Assembly: GCF_964204645.1 (NCBI RefSeq)
Contig: NC_134028.1
Location: forward strand, 9,734,001 to 9,798,000
From: Tubulanus polymorphus
Lineage: Eukaryota > Animalia > Nemertea
Direction of reading: 5' to 3'
Length of the DNA: 64,000 nt
A model generated the notes under the pieces. It was not told the origin of the DNA. It saw only the letters and a program-made list of their open reading frames with translations, and searched no databases. The translations under genes and the position numbers were made by a program. This document shows, piece by piece, positions 1-9,978 of this stretch. Numbering within the stretch: the stretch's first letter is position 1; the number at the start of each line of letters is the position of its first letter.

Positions 1-3000
1 AACATCCCTCGAACAAAACCAAGTTGGCATGACAATGGTCGGACCATGAGATGTATAAATCTGAAACATTGAAAATATGAAGATCAAGTTTTCAGAGATG
101 AAAGGAAATTTCAGACACCACCTGAAATAGACCTACCTGCGTTTTTAACTGATGTTGGCTGATTGTATTTGCCCATTTCGTAAATCTTTCCGTTGAATCT
201 TCAGGCAATCGGTAAAATCTACAACCAATTATCTGAAAATAAATGGTATTGTTCGGTGCTGCTGTCTGTACCCATGTGGATAAATGATGAAATTTTTTCG
301 AGAGAATAGTTACGCTGTTAGGACGGGCTTTTGCCGCGATATATTGCTGTTCAATTCGTCCTGGTAGCATCACATCATCCTTGAAAACAACAAGAAAAAG
401 ACTTAAGAATACGATATTTAACTCTTGATCTGACAATATCAGGGGCAGATCCAGGGCTAGCTCCAAGAGCAAACTCCCAGGGAGCACGAGCAAAACCTGT
501 ATCCGTGACAAAGGCAGCAGTCATTGCAGGAGACCAGGGAGCCCTCCCCGGAACAAATTTCATCTATTTTTGCCATTGCGAACAGGTTTGCACCAAAATT
601 ATGTATGGGTGGAAAATGGGACATCGGTTGAACGTCAAATCTTTGAAGGGCACTTAGGAAACTTTGACTTGTATTCTGTGGTACCGGTTAATTGGAATAT
701 GACTACTCCATAATACTGCATAGATCCGTCCCTGAGAATTTACTTACACTGTCGAGAAAACATAAATATCTCCCATGCGATTGTTTTATGGCAGCATTTT
801 TAGCAAAACCAACTGTAATCAAAACGGAACAATAATTTCTTTAAGGATGCTGACAGTTTGAAAGGTTATAAATGAATGCAGAATGGAACGCATACCGTAC
901 CTCCTTTAGGAAACCCTACAGCTTTATTTTCACCGAAGACAACGTTAACCTTTTTCAGTTTGAATTGTTCAGTCCAACTTTGAATTATACTTAAGGATTC
1001 GTCCTATAAGAAAAATCACATCGGATGTCTCACTGGTACATACGTACTTACAAAATTGTTTCTCTGATGATGGGATTTAGGTAAATCTTGCAACTGTACA
1101 TCAATTGTGGTATTGTATATTTGTATAATCAGAACATCAGTTAACCATCACCAGACAGCTTATACATATACAGAGTGTCTCAGAAAATGTGTTACCCAAG
1201 CTTTAAGATAACTAAATCATAAACTATTATTTTTATTTTTTGTTTGGTGGGGGGTAAGGTTGGTAGACCTAGATGTTTGCACGAGGATGAAATGTTAAAA
1301 TTGGCCATAGCATGTCTTTGAATGGCCATGAAAATGGAATCGAACCAAAAACTACAGATTGTCCCACTGTGCACATTTATTATGATAATAAATTTGATAA
1401 TATCAAATGACCAGCTGCCAGTTGAGACATTGATTTAATATCACTGAATTTCACTTTTTGTGATATTTTTCTGTGGCAGGGAATTGGTAAAAACCAAGGT
1501 TTGTGTCTAACAGTTGCTGATCATCAATCAATAAACGTACACAATGCAATAATCCTTATTTCTTGTTTTTAGTTCAACTCCATTTTAATGGCCATTCAAA
1601 AACACGGTATTGCTCAGCCATGCATGACTTATTACTGCATTCCATCCTCAACATTATTTCAACATTCCATCCTCAAGCAAACATACATGTTTAGCAATCT
1701 TACCCACCAAAAATTCATTTCAATTTTATTTAATGCATAAGTAATCTTAAAGCACAGTAACACATTCTTTGAGACACCCTGTGCAATTCGTCACATGTCC
1801 ATGCACTAGTCATGCATCGGTCACAAAACCTGTGAAGACTTAAGATTTACTAATGACCAAAACTTCACATAGCAACCCGTATTTGAATTTTTTTTTAATG
1901 AAGCCTACTTTGTGTTCATCCCAATTTTTCAATTAAAAAAAGAAGTTTTTTTTCCATTATATCCGTCTTGATTTTCAATCTATAGTAACTTGTGTTCATC
2001 TTAGTTTTCAATCTTGTGATTAGCAAAAAAGTTGATAAATTTTTTCATTTATGCTATTCTCTGAATCAAATTCATCATAATTTTCACTCTTTTTTTATTT
2101 TTTTCTGCAGTCCTTCCAAGGACGTGGAAGATACTCAAATAATAGAAAAAATTCATCATATTTTTTCCCCATTAACTTCCATTTTAAAATGCCTGTTATA
2201 AAATGTTTTTCCAGATCTTAATTTTCTTCCCTTCACCCTCCCATTTCTTTCTTGAAAAAATATGTACTCAAGTTATAAAAACGGCCTTAGTGTCAAAAAT
2301 TTACCTGACTAGCGTCATTGTATATTGATAATTCAAAAGTTCCTGGAAATTGTTGAATCCATACAGAATGAAGGCATTCGTCTAACCATTTTTCAGCATC
2401 GTGTACTGGCAGAATGACCGACTACAAAAAAGGAAAATAAGAATACATGTTCATCCGAATAGGCCTACACATGCACCAAATTTCAACAATTCGGGAGTTG
2501 AATACAGTTTCCAACAAGGTACAAGCCAGTATTCTATGACACTAAATCATGGTAACCAATAGGCTAAGTCTGACTTGCCATTACTCCCAAGGATAACCCA
2601 AAAGAGTGATATTGATTTTAAAACGCCTTTTGCATTTTGATTTTTTCTCTTTAACCTCCCACTTTTTTCTTGAAAAAATCCATACTCAAGTAATTTCATG
2701 GATTGAATCACAAGTAGTTTCCTAGTTTCCATTTATATACAAGTAGTTTGGGTTGGTCTTTAAGACGAAATCATTTAGATCATTTTTAGGTGGGTTGGAT
2801 TTGCTTATCAATTTCTTTAATTTATCAATCAATTCATCAATTTCTTTAATTTCAATTTGTACAACAATAACTTCATTTCTAAACTGAGTTTTAGTTTTCT
2901 TGGGATAAAATTATTCTTGCAAGATATTTAACAACTCAAAGGTTTTCAAATTCCAAAATGGCGGGTGCTGTGGTAGGACAAGATGATCAGCCAGAGAAAG

Positions 3001-6000
3001 GAATTTTCTGCAGTTCTGATAGCAGCTACCACATAAATCATGACATCCGAACCCGTAGATCATCGTGATTAGACTTTTGGCTCCGTAAACACTTATTTAA
3101 GAATCCATTGTCAGCATTAGGTACCAATCCAGATCAAATAACCAGGGCAGGTGGAACCGGTGCGCCCAGTACGGCCATGGCCGGACCAATAATTTTGCCA
3201 ATGATGTTTCAAAATTTGTGTAATAAAATTCCAGTCATACGGCCGACCACAGGTCTATCTATGTTGTTTTTGTTTTCTGTGTAAGGCTGGGGCCCAGTGC
3301 CGTCGTCATCATTGATGACATAGTCGATGCCGCTGCGTCACAACTGCGTACACCGGGTTCCGTCTAACAAATAAACCGGGTACCAGTCTAGTAAAAAGCC
3401 ACGCGGTGGTCATGCTACTTTTGCGCGTATTTTGACTTCAATGGAAATTGAACAGCAGACGACCAAATTGTCAAGATGTCTATTACTTCTCGGTGCTGAA
3501 AAGACCTCATTAAGTAAAGATATCACCAATCGAAAAGAAAAATAATACTAGTATTGACTGTATCGTACAGCAGAGACCAACAATTCCACCTACATTCACG
3601 GCACCACCGCCAGACGCACATGCCTGTCTTAGTCCGTGTCACATCCGTTTGCAATAGGAAAAATGTTGGATGAGCTGCCTCCTTAGACTTAAAGACCCCC
3701 AATGGACTCCGGAGTAGCCCTTAACTAATATTTCGGAATTAAGGAATTTTGTTACCCCAGGAGAGCAGGATTATAGACTACTGAAACGAAACTTCTGTGA
3801 CAGAGGCGTTCGTAGAAAGACCCCTTCCCTCGACCCCCTCGTTGAAAAACCCGCATTCAAAATTAAGAGGAGTCAAAATCTACGTTGAAATACGCATTTT
3901 TGTCGATTGCCCCTGGATCAGACCTCTGAGGACGTCTCAAAACGTGCAGTGTGAATATAGTGGGCCAGCACATGGATCACTGATTCAATGAAATGTTTTT
4001 GAATATCAAACAGGGTACGCGAGAATGTGAGGAAAAGGTAACTTTACACAAGGCCTACAATGAGTCGTCTCTAATTGGCCACTACATAATGGTTAGTACT
4101 CGTGTATTTTAAGTTAACAACATCCGGTACAGATGAGCCACCAACTGTTGAACTAGCGCCAGAATGTTATGATGATTTAGATACGAGTACAAGTACAGAT
4201 GCTGATAATGCTGGTGAGGTACAAGTGCCAGAAAGTGACGGCGATTTGTCAGAAACATACATCCGTACAGCCGATAATGCCGTGGATACTGCTACCGAAC
4301 CAACTGAGTTAGCACCTCATCAACTGGCCAACTTCAAGTATCCCTTCCGGACTTTCTGAACAAAAAATCTGAGGCGCTGTTTCAATCCAGAGTGGTTTAA
4401 GACTTGGTCATGGTTGTCTTATCGTGAAGCTAATGACACAGCATACTGCTACGTTTGTAAACGGGCAGAAAGAGAAAAAAACAAGCGAATTGTAAAGCAG
4501 ATACGGCATTCGTCAGTAAGAGATTTTGTAACTGGAAAGACGCCTCAACTGCTTTTGGGAAGCAGTGAGTCGAGTGCTCACCGGGAAGAAGTTGATCAAG
4601 TAGTCGTATTACCGAAGACAATGATGCATGTTGGACAGACTCTATCAAAGTCATTCCAGGCTGAGATAAAACCAAATTGTGAAATGCTGATGAAAATTTT
4701 TGAAAACATACGGTTTCTGGGTCACCAAGGTTTACCACTGAGGGGTGACGGAGATGAACGCGACTCAAATTTCATAGGTCTGATGAATCTCCGTGGAATT
4801 AATGACGCAAGAATAATCACATGGCTGCATAAAAAGACAAATAAATACACATCTAAGGACATACAAAATGAAATACTGGATGTCCTGGCTGCTGAAATTA
4901 TTGATGATATATGCAGTGAATTAAAAGAAGCCAGATTCTTCAGCATGATGGCTGACGAAACTACTGACGCAGCAAACAAGGAGCAGGTCGTGTTTGTTAT
5001 GCTGTGGGTGAACAGTAGTACACTCGAGGCCAATGAAGATTTTGTTGGCTTATATGAAGTGTCCAAATATTGTGGCCGACACCATTATGTAGCCTACAGT
5101 ATGAAACATGTCCTGTTACGGCTACAACTTCCGTTGTTGAAATGCCCTGGTCAGTGTTACGATGGGGCATCAAATATGACCGGAATGAGGGCAGGCGTTG
5201 CTACGACTATACGTGCTGAAGAAAATAGAGCATTGTTTACACATTGCTATGGCCATAGCCTGAACTTGGCAGCAAACTATGCGATCAAGGAAGTAAAAGA
5301 CGCCCTTGATATGACACACGAACTTTCAAAACTCGTGAAGCTATCGCCTGGACGAGGGGCAATATTCGACCGTCTGAAATCAGAAATTGCCCCAGGCACT
5401 CCCGGTATGCGTGTACTTTGTCCTACACGATGGACAGTTCGAGCAAACAGTCTACAGTCAGTGCTTGACAATTATCAGGTTTTGCACGACCTATGGGAGG
5501 AGAGCCTGAAGTATGTAACTGACACTGACATGAAGGCCAGAATCATCGGTGTCCGATCACAGATGGGTACGTTCGACCATTTCTGGCGTGTTCAGCTCGT
5601 TGTTCTGCTTCTGACACATGTAGAAAACTTGAGTAAGACACTGCAAAGCCCGACTTTGTCTGCAGCTGCTGGTCAGGCTATTGCTAGACAAACAGTCGCA
5701 ACATTGAAGCGCATTCATTCTGATGCAGACTTCTCCTTGTTTTACAAGAAATTTCTACTAGAAAAGGAGAAGCATGGAAACGGTATCGGTGATTCAGTTC
5801 TACCGAGACATGGAGACGGGCACCAATCCGTTTTCAAGTAGGGAATGCGCCACCAGAATTCCATTCAACTGCTGAGCAGATGCGCAAAGTGGAATATTTC
5901 TTTAATCAAGACAGTTATCAGATCTACAGGAACCTCACAGCTTTATTGGTAAAATCTAGCAACGGAGAAGAATGCTCAGCGACGGTAGATGACATATGCG

Positions 6001-9000
6001 AATTCTATGATGATGACATCAAAAAGGGCGTTCTTAAAATTCAGCTCCAAACCTTGGTGACTCATTTTGTCAATGTGAGACCAGTAAAGCTTCAGATCAT
6101 CCGTTACCTTGCAAGTCTTGAAAAGGCGGCACAGGCATTTTACTCTGAAGTAATTGTTGTGTTAGAACTGATAATGGTGATGCCAGCAACCAATGCATCA
6201 AGTGAGCGGTCCTTCTCAGCCGTTAGAAGGATTAAAACATACGTTCAACCATGACACAGAGGCGACTTAACAGCCTTATGATCATCAACGTTCACAAAAG
6301 GAGAGCAGAACACATTGACTTGAATCAGGCTGTTAACCGGTTTCTGAGAAATCATGATCATCGTATCGGAGTTTTTGATCCGCCAAGTTCTTAAACTTTA
6401 AACTTCGGTCATTGGCAATTAATAATTGCTACGAACGAGAGCGCGCTACGCGTTACTGCCTATTAGGTACGGTTGGGGATGGCCGTACCAATAGTTTATT
6501 CCTTCCAACGGCCCTGATAACTATCAAGTGGATAGATGACAGGGATTGTTTAATTCACAACAGTTTATTAAATAGGCCTACGGTAGCCTACATGATTAAT
6601 AAACCTAAAATAAACTAGGGGTCCAGGGACACAATGCCCTATTGGGAAGTGGTTTCAAATGCTCAACAATCTAACAATTTCAATATTCAATGCCCCTGGT
6701 GACCATATACAAAAACCAATGACCTTGAAACTCCCCACAATCATAGAATATGTCAACAGCTATGATTTTGTAATTGATTGTGATAACAAAATATGCTTTG
6801 TTACCAAATTAATAAGGAAATACTAAGTTATTCTACTATTCAACCCCCCTGCTGACCATTTGCAAAACCCAATGACCTTGAAACTCACCACAATCATAGA
6901 ACATGTCATGATCTACAACTTTGCAATTGATCATGGTAACCAAATATCTCTAGGTACCAATCTAATAAGGAAATACCAAGTTCTTCTACTATTCAAAGCC
7001 CCCTGGTGACCATATGCAAAACCCAATGACCTTGAAACTCACCACAATCATAGAACATGTCATGAACTACAACTTTGCTATTGATTGTGGTAACAAAATA
7101 TACATAAGTGTCAACATGGAGAATGGAAATACCAAGTTCATCTACTATTCAATGCCCCCTGGTGACCATATAGAATAACTTATGTCCTCGTAACTCACCA
7201 CAATCATAGACGATGTCATGAGCTACAACTTTGTAATTGATTGAGGTAACAAAATATGCGTAGGTTCAAATATAATATAGAAATACTAAGTTTTTGTATC
7301 ATTCAATGCCCCCTGGTGACAATATACAAAAACCAATGACCTTGAAACTCACCATAATCATAGAAAACGTTATGAACTACAACTTTCCAATACATTGTGG
7401 TAACACAATATGCTTAGGTATCAATATAATGTGGAAAAGCTTTTTCCCACCTACGAATGAGTACTGATGACGCCAAGATGGCTGCCAATTGCGCCATAAT
7501 TGGCTGATCAAAAATACAAAAATACATGTCTCATGGTATAAAACATCCCTTTCCAAAGAATACCCATCACAAATTGCAATGAGAAATGGCAAACCAGTAG
7601 GAAGCTACAGGACTCAGAATTTGGGCCAAAATTGACATTTTTGGGCACTAAAAAGGTCATAGGACGGCCATCTTGAGTCCGATCGACCCAATTTTTCTTA
7701 TGTTGATAGGCCCTTTGGAGGTACAAATATACACAAACAATCAAGGTTATTGATAAAAGTGTCTTCAAAATTTCCCTCGAAAAATGTGTAAAAAGTGCTG
7801 ATATTGGCAAACAACAATGGCCATCGGCCATCTTGTTGCCAGTCGGCCATCTTGAATCTGATAGGGCCAGTTTTTTTGCCTGAAGATGTGTCTAGGGTAG
7901 ATACATGTATAAACCAAATATCAAGACATTACCTTGAAGCGTCTTCAAAACTTCCAAAAATAACTGGATTCTGTCTACGGACAGACGGACGGTGGAAAAT
8001 TGAACGCAATAGCCCGCTGGGACTAAAGTCCCAAGTGGGCTAAAAATCAGTACCGGTGACAAAATGTGCAGCCTATGAATCATCATTATCGTGGCCAGAG
8101 ACTGCCTGATTGCACACATCCTCACCTGCCAGGGTTTGATATATAAGGCTTAAAATGGGACAAAGAAATGCTTAACTTATCATCAAGTTACAAATAACAT
8201 GTAGGCCTAACATTATAATGAAGTAGGCCTACAAACTAATTTGTTTGTACTTCTATTTTGGAGAGCTAAAAGGATATTTCAGCCTTGTAATTCTAAATAT
8301 TCTCTATTTCTCTAATCTATAATTCACATAATATTCAAAAGAACAATTTTGAGGGTTTGATTGCCTCCCACAGAAGCTCACACCAAAACAAGCCCTGGCT
8401 GCAGACCCTTCACTGGTCCAATTAACGCCGCCCAAGATTTCTCTGGTGGACAGGTTGCCGCTCAGTGGCCGAAAGTCTATGTATTAAGCCATAAGATCTG
8501 TTGTTTGAAATCACTGGCAGATTTGCGACAGCCACATCGTTAAAATTTAGCCGGGCTTAATTGAATTGACAATGAATTGAGTTAACCTGATCAAGTGAAC
8601 ACCAGCATAAAACCGAACCTGCAAGTCTGTCAATAATTGAGACTAACTGAGACTGTCATCCATATACTTTGTTATTGTTGGTAGGTTAAGCTTATGGGTG
8701 CAGAATAATAAATAACGAGACGAAGTAGCAGTAGGCCTACTGTCGAATTACGGTCAAAACGTCCTCATGTCAAAACGTCGCGCCAAAACGTCCTCCAGTC
8801 AAAACGTCCTCGGTCAAAATGTCCTTGTCTGTATTAGGGGCCTATGTCCTCTCCACACTCAACAGCTCAATCAACAGTAGTGGGGAGAGGGCGGCACCTC
8901 ACGATAGTAACCTTTAGGAACCTTGATGTTTAAAAAAATCTGAACTTTTTTTAGATGTATTTAGACCCCTCCTCCGATAGTATGTAATAAGTATGTTGTA

Positions 9001-9606
9001 AATAACGTTTGTCTTATGTTTTAAATACTTTTATTTTCTGTTTTTGTAAATATTGACCGACTGCCTCATACGCCATCTATACATTAAAGGTCATTTATTT
9101 AGCTTATAACTCGGATTTAACAGTAGTAATAACTATATGCATTGACAGAATTTATTGTATGATAAAGTTATTCTGGCGTTAGTGAGGACGTTTTGACTGA
9201 CGAAAGTGAGGACGTTTTGACGGACAAAAGCGAGGACGTTTTCACCGGGTATGCGAGGACGTTTTGACATGAGGACGTTTTGACCTGACACCTTACCCTA
9301 CTGTCTGTCTATATTAGCTAGTTTATTTGACGCACGAGAATTCACCTGATGAAGCTATTATTCATTAGTAGCGAAAGCTCGTTCGTCAAATAAACTAGTA
9401 AACCTACTCGTCTCGTTATTTGTTATTGTTGCCACGTCACAAACGGAACCTGGGAACGTTGTCAATTACCGACGACACACCGGTATCACATCAGGCCGGG
9501 GCCTATTATGCGAAAGTAGACGTCAGATACCTCTTCAGCAAAATGGCAGCATCGGATTAAGATACAAGAGTAGAACAATGAAATCAGTACTTACTACATC
9601 AACCAT
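1..9606 (-). CDS. B3GNTL1: B3GNTL1 / queuosine-tRNA galactosyltransferase (GT2 family); 7 coding exons visible, 3' part beyond the window start
   Basis: Phase-compatible GT-AG exons on minus: 9606-9595 (MVDV), 2421-2305 ([20 protein letters not shown]...IYNDASQ), 1003-901 ([10 protein letters not shown]...FPKG), 812-748 ([22 protein letters not shown]), 379-314 ([22 protein letters not shown]), 232-137 ([23 protein letters not shown]...TQ), 60-1 ([20 protein letters not shown]). GT-A DxD motif (LDSDD) and the [11 protein letters not shown] block match human B3GNTL1 as recalled. The 12-nt first exon is the least certain. Confidence 0.93.
440..734. mobile_element. hAT-type MITE in a B3GNTL1 intron
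   Basis: Imperfect TIR CAGGGGCAGATCCA / TAGATCCGTCCCTG; TSD not preserved. Confidence 0.55.
1171..1781. mobile_element. Tc1/mariner-type MITE
   Basis: TA-CAGAGTGTCTCAGAAAATGTGTTAC ... GTAACACATTCTTTGAGACACCCTG inverted termini. Confidence 0.65.
3143..6516 (+). mobile_element. hAT-superfamily DNA transposon (ZMYM1/Tip100-like transposase), defective, in B3GNTL1 intron 1
   Basis: 14-bp imperfect TIRs CAGGGCAGGTGGAA (3143-3156) / TTCCAACGGCCCTG (6503-6516), flanked by a direct repeat ATAAC; subterminal GGCCG(G/T)ACCAATA motif at both ends; transposase inside. Confidence 0.9.
4102..6393 (+). pseudogene. Disrupted hAT transposase (TTF-type zinc finger, DUF4371, DDE core, hATC dimerisation domain)
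   Basis: [23 protein letters not shown] (TTF-type finger) follows an in-frame TGA at 4357; [31 protein letters not shown], then [22 protein letters not shown] in another frame; several frameshifts. Confidence 0.9.
6613..8046 (-). mobile_element. Helentron-associated non-autonomous element (HINE, DINE-1/Pearl-like), copy 1, ~5 internal 153-156 bp repeats
   Basis: On minus: TTTTT, hairpin AGCCCACTTGGGAC..GTCCCAGCGGGCT, (CCGT/CTGT)n microsatellite, body, tandem array (units at ~6688, 6841, 6994, 7150, 7304), subterminal CCCAA(G/T)..GGGCA, small stem-loop, CTAGTT end; no TSD. Homologous copies at 53596 and 62566. Confidence 0.8.
8745..9296. mobile_element. Foldback (Mutator-like) MITE with tandem-repeat TIRs
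   Basis: Five CAAAACGTCCTC-type units at the left end, five inverted GAGGACGTTTTG units at the right; 9-bp direct repeat CCTACTGTC at 8736-8744 and 9297-9305. Confidence 0.75.
9339..9390 (+). ncRNA. Minimal hammerhead ribozyme motif of Penelope-like element type
   Basis: CUGAUGA (9346-9352), A, 7-bp stem II GCUAUUA/UAGUAGC with UUCAU loop, GAAA (9373-9376), palindromic AGCU then C, followed by AAUAAA; embedded in an inverted repeat. Stem I is short, so activity is unproven. Confidence 0.6.
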
Positions 9607-9978
9607 GCCACATTACATACTAAAAATTATGCAAAACCAGAGCGGAATTCTCAATGTTTACAAAAAATCGGAAACTACCATGGGCGCCGCCATGTTTAGT
9701 CATGTGACCTCTGAGTGGGGTCCATTTGATCAAGCTATTAGTGGGAAAAGGTAGGTTACAAATTAATCCAGTTTAACAAAACAAGTTACAAAAGATTTAT
9801 CCGCGTTTTATTCTATTTTAAATTTGAAAATTTTATATAAACTGGTCAGTGTAGGGAGAAAAATCCGAGAAGGATGACTGCTTAATGTTTCACGTGAAAG
9901 CTACTATTCCCTGTGATAAAGTTTGAATGGAATAGCCTCGTCGGTGTAACCTGCGCTTCAGGCATGGATGGCAAATGA
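9607..9978. promoter_or_regulatory. Putative bidirectional promoter between B3GNTL1 and Meteorin-like
   Basis: Divergent ATGs 372 bp apart; YY1-type CCGCCATGTT (9687-9696), E-box GTCATGTGAC (9699-9708), palindromic TTTCACGTGAAA (9888-9899). Confidence 0.65.

Noticed and set aside
92-511. 139-aa ORF as a single-exon gene
   Set aside because: It is two B3GNTL1 exons read through stop-free intron and MITE sequence.
2547-2940. Lys/Ile-rich broken minus-strand frames as a gene or retroelement ORF
   Set aside because: Low-complexity AT-rich sequence without a diagnostic motif.
6688-7430. Regularly spaced repeats resembling a CRISPR array
   Set aside because: Whole ~154-bp units are homologous (no unique spacers), there are no cas genes, and the context is a spliced eukaryotic genome.
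7464-7500. CTGATGA followed by a small GCC/GGC hairpin in the HINE body as a hammerhead
   Set aside because: No GAAA after the stem, and copy 2 reads CTGGTGA.
7377-8125. Similar ORFs recurring at 7508, 54356 and 63350 as a gene family
   Set aside because: They are chance frames in copies of the same non-coding element, with starts, stops and frames differing between copies.
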